DNA of 64,000 bases, from assembly GCA_963811105.1 (NCBI GenBank), contig CAWEPZ010000011.1, positions 608,001 through 672,000 of the forward strand, in the 5' to 3' direction. Under the pieces are notes generated by a model. The model did not search any database, had not been told where the DNA came from, and worked only from the letters and a program-made list of their open reading frames with translations. Shown here in pieces: positions 30,821 through 38,949 of this stretch (position 1 is its first letter; the number at the start of each line of letters is the position of its first letter). The stretch comes from Candidatus Bathyarchaeota archaeon. GTDB taxonomy: Archaea > Thermoproteota > Bathyarchaeia > Bathyarchaeales > Bathycorpusculaceae. The translations under genes and the position numbers were made by a program.

Positions 30821-31025
30821 CTAAACATTTCCTTGTAGTCTCTTCCTAACGATAATTAGAACAAATAGGATAGCGAGTAGTAAGGGTAGAATTGTCAACC
30901 AAGAAAACTCTGGAACAGTTCGAGTGGGTGTTGGTGATATACTTTGATTTGGAGTTGGTAAAGTTATGATTGCTTTCTTTGGGTCATGATTGTATGGTTT
31001 CATTAATGGGTAGTTGTCGATGTTT
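30821..31025 (-). pseudogene. 3' remnant of a NosD-family PEF-CTERM gene
   Basis: DNYPLMKPY...VPEFSWLTILPLLL..VRKRLQGNV; tail closely matches gene 15900-16895. Confidence 0.75.
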
Positions 31026-31097
31026 CGTTATTAATAATTTAGACGGGTAGGTTTTAAAATGCAGTTGCTCTCTAACAATTGATTAGAGGCTAACAAG

Positions 31098-31787
31098 CTG
31101 GTTAGGCTAAAGCAACTTTGGAAGAACGATTACTTCAAAACAATATTCGCCATTGTCTTGGTTGTTACGTTAGTTCTTGTTTTCTTCTTCGGCTTAAAAT
31201 TAGCGTTTAATGTTTCCTATGGACCAATAGTTGTAGTTGAAAGCGGTAGCATGTGCGTTCCTTACGGCACAGGATGTGCCGGCTGGAACAGCATCACACA
31301 CCCGTTTGACCACACCCTGCACAAAGGCGATATCGTAATTATTCAAGGGGTAAATCCTAAAGATCTGAAAACGGGCTATCCCAACAGCGATGTGATCGTT
31401 TTTTACGACCCAAATGATCATACCGCCACTCCGATCATACATCGCATTATTTCGGTAACAGATGTCAACGGCACACTGTATTTTATAACTAAAGGGGATG
31501 GAAATGGCAGTCCTTCAGCAAAATGGCCGGCTCCTGTAACATCAATTGACGGCTTGGACCAATGGGATTACCTAAATAATCCACCCGGAGTTCCGCAAAA
31601 CGATGTTGTTGGCAGGGTTGTTATGCGGATTCCATGGTTTGGATGGGTAGCATTGATTATGCAGCAGAGTTCATGGGGTTTGCCATTAATAATGGGGTTA
31701 ATAGTACTGCTGATAGTTGTGGAATTTATAATTCCGATGTTTAGAGGGAACAAGAAAAAGACCGAAAACAAAAGCTTTCTTGACTAA
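31098..31787 (+). CDS. sec11: Signal peptidase I (S26, archaeal Sec11-type)
   Basis: VVESGSM (Ser), GDIVII, PIIHRII (His), ITKGDGN, VVGRVVMRIPWFG; frame is open to a CTG at 31098 (ORF track starts at 31158). Confidence 0.85.
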   Translation: MVRLKQLWKNDYFKTIFAIVLVVTLVLVFFFGLKLAFNVSYGPIVVVESGSMCVPYGTGCAGWNSITHPFDHTLHKGDIVIIQGVNPKDLKTGYPNSDVIVFYDPNDHTATPIIHRIISVTDVNGTLYFITKGDGNGSPSAKWPAPVTSIDGLDQWDYLNNPPGVPQNDVVGRVVMRIPWFGWVALIMQQSSWGLPLIMGLIVLLIVVEFIIPMFRGNKKKTENKSFLD

Positions 31788-31810
31788 GTTTTCGTCAAAC
31801 TTTTCTTTAC
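31769..31810. repeat. Degenerate type A site shared by two convergent gene ends
   Basis: CAAAA GCTTTC TTGAC TAAGTTTTC GTCAA ACTTTTC TTTAC. Confidence 0.65.
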
Positions 31811-32953
31811 CTGTTTTCGATTTCTTCTAACGAGAAATAAAGCGATGGTACTTATTCCAATTATTATGATTGAAGTCATAGCTAAGTAAGTTACAATTGG
31901 GGAAGACTCGGTCTTCGTGGTAAAAACAATGGCTTGCGAGGAACCTATGTTTCCGTAGGTGTCTTTAACGTAAACTGTTATGTTATGTTCTCCTTTAAGC
32001 AAGTTTGTTAACGTTATATTTCCATAAAGTGTTACGTTATTCTGTCTGTCTAAGCTATATCCGATCCAAGATATGTTAGGGAAAGCATTCAAAGAAGATT
32101 CAATTAGTGATTTGCTCAAAATGATTGGTTCGTCAATCAAAAACGTAAGTGGAACATTGCTTGAATTATAGACACTGTTTTGAGGAGACAAAACAGAGAT
32201 AATCGGCGAAATCGGTAAGGCAAAAAAAGCATTATACTGTTTGTTATAAACAAAGTCAAGCATGGTGAAATAGACTGTTTCAGAAACTCCAACATTTCCA
32301 GTTGCATCAACCGCATAAACAGTCATGTTATTCGCACCTACCTTATATTCTCCGATTGTTTTATTTCCAAATATCGTTACATTCGCTTGATTATTGATAC
32401 TATATGTTGCCCAAACGATTGGTTTGCTAACCGAATAATTTAGGGGAAGCCCTGAGCCAAAGCCCATGTATGTTTCATTTTTTGGAGACTGTACTATGAT
32501 TCTTGAAACGCTATCATCGGAGATTGGAGTAATTGTATCTACATGAAAGGTAACATTCGAACTAAAAACATGATCCATATCTGTTAGCCCATGAATCAAT
32601 AATGTGTGTTCACCATTTCCCAAGCCAGATATCCATTCGGTTACAATTATTGGAGTGTACGCAGTATATTCATGAGGATAAGAGAATGCTATAACAACAT
32701 CTGGTTTCCCATCTAAACTATAATAGAGATTTTTAATTTTCTCAAGGTTAGGTCCATATCCACTTAACGTAATTGTAAGAGCTAAAGGAACATTGGAACG
32801 ATAGGTTTCATTCTGTAAAGGTGAGGATATAGCAAGCTCAGGAGGAGACCAATTAATAAAATTGGCTGACGCCATCTTAACCGGTACTCCAACAATTGCT
32901 AAGGATAATAGCAACACTATTGTCATTACAGTCGTTGGTCTAATGTTCTTCAT
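31784..32953 (-). CDS. Secreted multi-Ig-like anchored protein (cassette)
   Basis: Three ISSP/VQSP/VLSPQN..YSLD..GEH units; TM; tail RRNRKQVKK. Confidence 0.8.
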   Translation of the reverse strand: MKNIRPTTVMTIVLLLSLAIVGVPVKMASANFINWSPPELAISSPLQNETYRSNVPLALTITLSGYGPNLEKIKNLYYSLDGKPDVVIAFSYPHEYTAYTPIIVTEWISGLGNGEHTLLIHGLTDMDHVFSSNVTFHVDTITPISDDSVSRIIVQSPKNETYMGFGSGLPLNYSVSKPIVWATYSINNQANVTIFGNKTIGEYKVGANNMTVYAVDATGNVGVSETVYFTMLDFVYNKQYNAFFALPISPIISVLSPQNSVYNSSNVPLTFLIDEPIILSKSLIESSLNAFPNISWIGYSLDRQNNVTLYGNITLTNLLKGEHNITVYVKDTYGNIGSSQAIVFTTKTESSPIVTYLAMTSIIIIGISTIALFLVRRNRKQVKKSLTKT

Positions 32954-32996
32954 TTTATCAAGTAATTCTTCTTAAGTTTTCAATAAAAGGTTTGCA

Positions 32997-33036
32997 GTTA
33001 AACAATCTTGACTTGGTTTAGTCAAACTTTCTTGAC
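32997..33036. repeat. Cassette-junction site type A, full copy
   Basis: GTTAA ACAATC TTGAC TTGGTTTA GTCAA ACTTTC TTGAC; contains the stop of gene 33022-34479. Confidence 0.85.
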
Positions 33037-34479
33037 CAGTTTTTTATACCTCAGTGTCAACGCAACACAGAATATTGAGGCAAACAGAGGCAGAATTGCT
33101 ATCAATGGCAACTCTGAAACGGAAGGTGTTGGTGCTGTAGTTGAGGTTTGTATGTCGGTTGGCGTGGTAATTCTTGCGAATGTTGCATTTATAGTGTGGC
33201 TGGTTTGAACATTGGGCAGGTTGTATGCGTTGATGGCTCCCTGCGATACTCCATTGTCTGTTACATCTAAAATTTGGTACCCGACATCTGGAGTTATTAT
33301 GAAGGTGAAGCCACTTCCCGGGTATGCGAAATAGGAATCATGCCCACGGATACCATTAATGTTTCCTCCTGAACCTGCATAAACGTCTACAGCATAATCA
33401 ACATAAAGTGTTTGCGTTGGTGTAGGAAGTACAGCATCGGTTGGTATAGCAGAACGTGAACCATCTGACAACACTGCGACTAAGTCGCTGCTGTCTGCTA
33501 CGAATATTTTGCCTGTTTCTTCATCACAGAGAATTTTATAAGGCATTAAAGGCAATGCCATAGTCTGAACAATGGTATTAGTGCTATCGGATATGATTGA
33601 GATAGAATTTGGGACTATGTTGCCAACGATTATTGCGCCAATGTTTGAATCATAAGCTATACCGCTTGTCATGGTGTTAGAAGGCAAATTGACTGTTGCA
33701 ACTACCGAATGAGAGATACCGTTTATTATTGAGACCTTGTCTGTACCTAAGTTAAGTGCGAATATCTCACCTTTGCCAGAATCGTAAACTATGCTTTGGT
33801 CACCCAATGCTACATTAACTGGGAAGGTTGCAGCCACTTTGTTAGTTGAATCCGATATAACAGAGATGAGGTTTCCTTCACCGTATAAAGAAACTGCAGA
33901 GGGATAACTGGTTACATATATTTCTCCTCTTCCAGAATTGTAAGCCAAGCAATGCGGTTGCCCCTCAATTGGTATAGTTGCTATGATGTAGTTAGTATTA
34001 TCTGAAATGACGGACACCGTGCCGGAGGCTGAATTTGCAACGAAGACCTCATTTTTACCGGAGTCATATACTATGCCTGTTGGGACACTTCCCACGCTTA
34101 TGTTTGCTACAACTAAATTTGTGGTATCAGAGATTACCAACACCGTGTCAGCGGCAGCGATGGATACGAATATTTCGCCTTTGCCCGAGTCATAAGCCAG
34201 GCAATAGGAGCTGTATCCCTTGTTTAGCTGGGCGCTTGTCAACTGAATGCTTGCAACTATATTATTATCAGTATCGTGTATAATTGAGATGGTCCCAATG
34301 GAAGAATAGGGTTGACCTGAAGAAACGAATACTTCACCCTTGCCAGAATCATAGGCTAAAGCCTGATTTCCAGTCGTAGAAAGATGAATAGTCTTAATTA
34401 CTGTGACTTGACAGGAAGCAGGCACAGCTAACAAGAAGACCAAAAACAAAAGAATGAAAACTTTGAACCAATTGTTCAT
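33022..34479 (-). CDS. YVTN/YncE beta-propeller surface protein with InlB-B-like domain and PEF-like anchor (cassette)
   Basis: Repeated AYDSGKGEIFV..VSVISD.TN blades; FTFIITPDVGYQILDV; VSELPLIAIL..RYKKLVKKV. Confidence 0.85.
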   Translation of the reverse strand: MNNWFKVFILLFLVFLLAVPASCQVTVIKTIHLSTTGNQALAYDSGKGEVFVSSGQPYSSIGTISIIHDTDNNIVASIQLTSAQLNKGYSSYCLAYDSGKGEIFVSIAAADTVLVISDTTNLVVANISVGSVPTGIVYDSGKNEVFVANSASGTVSVISDNTNYIIATIPIEGQPHCLAYNSGRGEIYVTSYPSAVSLYGEGNLISVISDSTNKVAATFPVNVALGDQSIVYDSGKGEIFALNLGTDKVSIINGISHSVVATVNLPSNTMTSGIAYDSNIGAIIVGNIVPNSISIISDSTNTIVQTMALPLMPYKILCDEETGKIFVADSSDLVAVLSDGSRSAIPTDAVLPTPTQTLYVDYAVDVYAGSGGNINGIRGHDSYFAYPGSGFTFIITPDVGYQILDVTDNGVSQGAINAYNLPNVQTSHTINATFARITTPTDIQTSTTAPTPSVSELPLIAILPLFASIFCVALTLRYKKLVKKV

Positions 34480-34517
34480 ATGTGCTTATTCGGTTTTTTT
34501 ACAATAAAAAGCTTGCA

Positions 34518-34557
34518 GTAAAATAACCTTGATTAAACTTAGTCAAACTTTCTTGAC
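34518..34557. repeat. Cassette-junction site type A, full copy (right end of the array)
   Basis: GTAAA ATAACC TTGAT TAAACTTA GTCAA ACTTTC TTGAC. Confidence 0.85.
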
Positions 34558-34599
34558 CTGTTTTCGATGCCTCCTAACAAGCAACGAAAAGACAACAAT

Positions 34600-34810
34600 G
34601 AACCTCGACAACTGTTAACAGAAAAAAAGTCTATGCATTCTACTGCAAAGAGTCTAGGCAAAACCCTTTCTTTTGTGCAAATGAAAACATTTCGCTTAGG
34701 CTTAGTAGTTGTTGATGAGAGTGAAAAAAACACGCCATCAACAACTACCTTTACTAAGTTAGTTTTGCCAATTGAATCCTGCATACGAAGGTCTACTCAT
34801 TTTGGAAGAA
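34600..34810 (+). repeat. Decayed provirus-gene remnant, copy 2
   Basis: KSMHSTAKSLGKT..RLGLVVVDESEKNTPSTTT..KLVLP; shares its 3' junction with copy 1. Confidence 0.75.
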
Positions 34811-34909
34811 GGCCAGCGCGCGATTTATAGCGAGACGATTCAGCTTGGCTGTGCAAAGCTTTTGGATTCCGCTTTTCTGACCCTACGCAACTTGAGGCTT
34901 TTAGGCATA

Positions 34910-35335
34910 TGATGGCAAAGCTTCAGCCACAAAATGTGGAGACCAAACTTATAAAAAGCTAATCGCATAAATTGTCTTCTTACCAAATATGCGTTTCGGA
35001 GACGAAAAATTTGGGACCGGAACAACTGTTTTAGCAGGTTCCGGAGAGAAGGATAGACATCGCTGGAAAACTCGTTGAATTTGCTTGGAAAATGCAAAAA
35101 GAAGGCTATGATAAAGAAACGATTCGAGGTGACTGCGGCTGCTTACGGGCATTGGATTTGCGGGGAGCGGAAATATACCATTGAGCACGCCCTTTTCGAG
35201 GCTGGTCGCTAACGACCAATTTATTGTTCATATTGCTGAAAAGTCTGAGGAAATCAAAGAACTTCCAGAAGCTGGGTTCGAATACGCTTGTGCGAAAGAT
35301 ACGTTAATATTCCTGAGAAAAGAAAATGACACGAA
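34910..35335 (+). pseudogene. Tyrosine integrase remnant with an internal deletion, upstream of tRNA-His
   Basis: GKLVEFAWKMQKEGYDKETIRG..LRALDLRGA followed closely by C-terminal EEIKELPEAGFEYAC..FLRK, which matches the tail of the 47743 integrase; catalytic domain absent. Confidence 0.65.
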
Positions 35336-35373
35336 AGCCAAGCATCTCCAGCAGGCGGAGACTTCCAAAATGT

Positions 35374-35447
35374 GGCCGGGGTGAGGTAGCTTGGTAGCCT
35401 AGAGGCCTGTGGAGCCTTTTGCCAGGGTTCAAATCCCTGCCCCGGCC
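35374..35447 (+). tRNA. tRNA-His (GUG)
   Basis: G-1 plus GCCGGGG/CCCCGGC acceptor stem; anticodon arm GAGGC-CTGTGGA-GCCTT; GGTTCAAATCC T-arm. Confidence 0.9.
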
Positions 35448-35470
35448 CTTCTTTGCTTTGGTATATAAGT

Positions 35471-35558
35471 GCAGAGGTCGCCGAGCATGGTCAAAGGCGT
35501 AGGCTTCAGGAGCCTATCCTGTAGAGGTTCGTGGGTTCAAATCCCACCCTCTGCACCA
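35471..35558 (+). tRNA. tRNA-Leu (CAG)
   Basis: GCAGAGG/CCTCTGC stem; TAGGC-TTCAGGA-GCCTA; long variable arm; encoded CCA. Confidence 0.93.
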
Positions 35559-35634
35559 ATTCTGATTAGCCTTGCTATTTTGAAACTCGTCTATTGCAGT
35601 AATTGACAGTTGTTCGTACAGTTTTTGAACTATA

Positions 35635-36360
35635 GTGCAAAACTTGTATAAGGAACCATGTTTAGCTTGTTTGGATATGGCTAAGAGAAGACTGCTTGCA
35701 ATTATAATCGCACTAATCTTAGTGATAACACCTATAGTCTTGTTGCGGGCAACAAGCTTTCCGACTAACAAGGCGCCAGTCACAAGCCCCATTCGAGTTG
35801 CATGTGTTGGGGATAGCATAACCGAGAAAAGCAAGTACACCGCTGATCTTCAGTCAATGCTTGGTCCCAAATACTTAGTAGGTAATTTTGGCGTAAGCGG
35901 ATCAACTGTTTCGCTTAGCACATATAAACCATATATGGATCAGCCTCAATTCCAAGACGCCGAGAATTTTGAGCCTGACGTCGTAGTTATCATGTTGGGA
36001 ACGAACGATGCTCATAGCGATCTTCAACAATACAGTGTAACCTTTGAAGGTGATTATGGCAACCTTATTGACTCATTCCAAAACCTCAGCAGCACTCCAC
36101 AAGTTTTGGTTGTGGAATCACCACCAGTCTATAACAATACGTTAGATCTAAACTCAACGTTTTTCAGTAGCACAATAATTCCCCACATACAAAATGTTGC
36201 AAATCAGCAAAACTTGCCCGCAATTGATGTTTATGATACTTTTGGCAACCGCTCGGATTATACCGTTGATGGAATTCACCCAAATGATGATGGGGCTGCA
36301 CTTATCGCTTCTCAAGTGTACAATGCAATAACGCCCGTAGATACAAGCTCAGCGCCTTAA
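35635..36360 (+). CDS. SGNH/GDSL hydrolase, N-terminally anchored
   Basis: GDSIT, NFGVSG, LGTND, DGIHPN blocks; likely start is MAKRR (~35677). Confidence 0.9.
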   Translation: MQNLYKEPCLACLDMAKRRLLAIIIALILVITPIVLLRATSFPTNKAPVTSPIRVACVGDSITEKSKYTADLQSMLGPKYLVGNFGVSGSTVSLSTYKPYMDQPQFQDAENFEPDVVVIMLGTNDAHSDLQQYSVTFEGDYGNLIDSFQNLSSTPQVLVVESPPVYNNTLDLNSTFFSSTIIPHIQNVANQQNLPAIDVYDTFGNRSDYTVDGIHPNDDGAALIASQVYNAITPVDTSSAP

Positions 36361-36612
36361 CTCGTTATAATAAAAGATAGCTATTTTCTAAACATAACTT
36401 AGGCTGGTTTTACCTAAAAACACGAATACATGTGTTGCAATAGAGATCGAACATAATGGCAACCGAAAACAAACATTGTAGTTCAAGCAAGAACCAGAAA
36501 AAAAATTCATCCAAACAGAAAAGCAAATAAGGAAAGCGAAGATGAATCGGGAGAACTCCTTGCGTATGATAAAGCTCGGAAACTTGCGGAAAAATACTAT
36601 TAAGCTAGCCTC

Positions 36613-37758
36613 ATGAGTAATAAAAACATGTTCTTTCACGTAATAGTGACAACAGAATGCAATTTGCAATGCAAATACTGTTTTGGCGAATCGATGGATG
36701 ACTTCGACGAAGACTTCGGAGATAACGTTGAAGTTGATTACAATTTGCCTCGCCAAATTAATTATAACGTTGAATTTTTGGATGCGTTTTGTCGAAAAGA
36801 CCCTGACTGCGTCTTAACCTTTTACGGCGGCGAACCCTTGCTTGAAATTGATAAAATCAAACAGATTATGGATAAGGCGACGCCGAATTATTTTATGATT
36901 CAGACAAATGGCTTGCTGCTTGACAAGCTAGAGCCTGCATATGTCAACCGCTTTCATACGATTCTAGTTTCAATTGACGGAGAAGAAGCGTTAACGGACT
37001 ATTACCGTGGAAAAGGCACTTTCCGCAAAGTCATCGACAACCTGAAACTGATTAAGCAGAACGGTTTTCAAGGGGAACTAATTGCAAGAGTAACAGTAAT
37101 GGAGCAAACCGACATCTCCAAACAAATAAGATGGCTCCTGGATAACGATGGTTTTTCTTTTTCCTCAGTGCATTGGCAATTAAACGCAGGTTTTTGGGGA
37201 AACGATTACCAAAGACGCAACTTTGAACACTGGGCAAAAACAAACTACATCCCCGGCGTGAAAAAACTTGCAGAGTTCTGGGTTGACCAGATGGAAGAGA
37301 GAGGCGTTGTTTTGAAGCTTTACCCTTTGCTCGGCATCACCGATTCGATTTTGCGCGACGAAAAGAGTTGTCTGATGCGTTGCGGTGGAGGCTGGATAAA
37401 TTATGCCATACAAACAGACGGTTATATTATTCCTTGCCCAACAATGTGGGGGATGAAAAAATACTATTTAGGCCACATAAGCAACGCAGATCCGCTTACG
37501 CTTTCGAAAATCTTTGTAGACCAGTCGCCATGCCTAAATTGTTCAATCCTCAATATCTGCGGTGGCAGATGCTTATACACAAACATAACTAAGCGGTGGA
37601 ATGACGAAGCCTACAGTAAGGTCTGTAACACGGTTGCCGAGCTTGTCGAGTCAGTGAAGGCACAGATTCCTCGAATTCAGCGATTGCTCGCAGACGAAAA
37701 AATTAGCTTTAGAGATTTCGATTTTATGAAGTACAATGGCTGCGAAATTATACCTTGA
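36613..37758 (+). CDS. Radical SAM/SPASM protein (AF0577/TIGR04084-like)
   Basis: CNLQCKYC, FYGGEPL, CGGG..IIPCP..CLNC..C.G.C SPASM cysteines, C-terminal YNGCEIIP. Confidence 0.85.
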   Translation: MSNKNMFFHVIVTTECNLQCKYCFGESMDDFDEDFGDNVEVDYNLPRQINYNVEFLDAFCRKDPDCVLTFYGGEPLLEIDKIKQIMDKATPNYFMIQTNGLLLDKLEPAYVNRFHTILVSIDGEEALTDYYRGKGTFRKVIDNLKLIKQNGFQGELIARVTVMEQTDISKQIRWLLDNDGFSFSSVHWQLNAGFWGNDYQRRNFEHWAKTNYIPGVKKLAEFWVDQMEERGVVLKLYPLLGITDSILRDEKSCLMRCGGGWINYAIQTDGYIIPCPTMWGMKKYYLGHISNADPLTLSKIFVDQSPCLNCSILNICGGRCLYTNITKRWNDEAYSKVCNTVAELVESVKAQIPRIQRLLADEKISFRDFDFMKYNGCEIIP

Positions 37759-38216
37759 GTTTTGGAAGAATCCATTGTCTTTTTACTTTCTTTTCCTGAA
37801 TAGTTTATGTCCCTCAATTTCTGCATGTAACTCAAATCCTCCTTCTCGCCCAGCTGAAGGATACGCACGTACTCTTCATTGTCAAGTTCCGAGTTGTGTT
37901 TACCCTTAAGCTTGTTTAGAATCTGCCTAAGCATACGCCTATCCACGTCGGTTACTTGCGACCGAAGAACTGGAGCAAAAAACTCGCCATGCCGCTTACA
38001 AATTTCTGTTCGCGTTTCACCATCAACCAATAACCCATCTTTGTTGGTGAGCATTGGGTAGGTCCAACCATACTTTTGTAAGCTACGCCAGATTTGCACT
38101 TGCTGCTTTAGCGTAGTTACATTAGGGTTGTTTTGGTCCGCATTCAATAGACGGATGTCTTCTACGATAGAGCCGTAGACTTCTGGTATTCTAAGGGTAG
38201 TTTTCTTTTCCATCAT
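37677..38216 (-). pseudogene. ParB/Srx-like N-terminal domain protein, phage-type, probably truncated
   Basis: NNPNV...SLQKYGWTYPMLTNKDGLLVDGETR...ILNKLKGKH; 3' end runs into the convergent rSAM gene. Confidence 0.6.
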
Positions 38217-38230
38217 CTAATCTCCTTTTT

Positions 38231-38500
38231 CTATTTGCTAAATAGTGACATTGATCGTAGAAACGGTTCGTTTTTTGCAAGCTCGCTTTCTATTTCTGCC
38301 GATCGTTTTTCGGCATCTTGTTTTTCTTTAAGGGTTTCCAACCCCAGCAGTGCCACTAAACGGTCTGTGACCCTTAAGGATTTTACTTCTGGTGCATGTG
38401 TCCAGTTGCAAGTTAAATGCCAATACAATCGTAAACAGAGTTTTTCGTAATTTGAAGCTGTGTGCTGAAGAACGTCTACTTTGTCATAAATCGCTTTCAT
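38231..38500 (-). CDS. Hypothetical protein or provirus remnant
   Basis: Short ORF directly upstream of the ParB-like gene. Confidence 0.3.
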   Translation of the reverse strand: MKAIYDKVDVLQHTASNYEKLCLRLYWHLTCNWTHAPEVKSLRVTDRLVALLGLETLKEKQDAEKRSAEIESELAKNEPFLRSMSLFSK

Positions 38501-38949
38501 TTGGAATAAGGCTTTAACAAAAACTTTCCGCTGTGGGTCTCCTTGGGTCTTTTCAATATTGATCTGGTAAGGTTCTTATGGTTCTTCATCCCACGGTTGC
38601 CCTAACATTTTGGCTTCTTCTTGGGATTGAGGGTATTTCTCAATTAGATATTTGCGGGCTTTGGCATATGTTATCATGATTTCCCATTCAGCGCCCGATA
38701 TTAAGGATAAACCGAGAGCTAGCTCTCAAGACAACACAAAACAAGACAACAATCACTATATGTTGTAATGACCAAACAAAACTTGTGCTGATGTGATAAT
38801 CAAATTAGTTTAACTGTAATACCGAAGTTATTGAATCAGCTATCTTTTCAATTCAGTTTTAATTTACCAAAAAAATATAGAGTAATTGACAAGTTCATAG
38901 TGTTTTTATACAAAAAAAAGAGGAAGAAACTTTGAGTCTTCATTATGGA

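Noticed and set aside
11796-34557. CRISPR array interpretation of the repeated 40-bp motif
   Set aside because: Copies are separated by whole genes (0.7 kb or more), are degenerate, and no cas genes are present.
11796-34557. Classical integron attC sites
   Set aside because: No RYYYAAC...GTTRRRY ends or long imperfect hairpin, and no IntI-type integrase in the window.
11796-34557. Intrinsic terminator explanation for the palindromes
   Set aside because: Stems are only 5-8 bp and AT-rich, with conserved sequence and fixed spacing rather than just conserved structure; a contribution to termination is not excluded.
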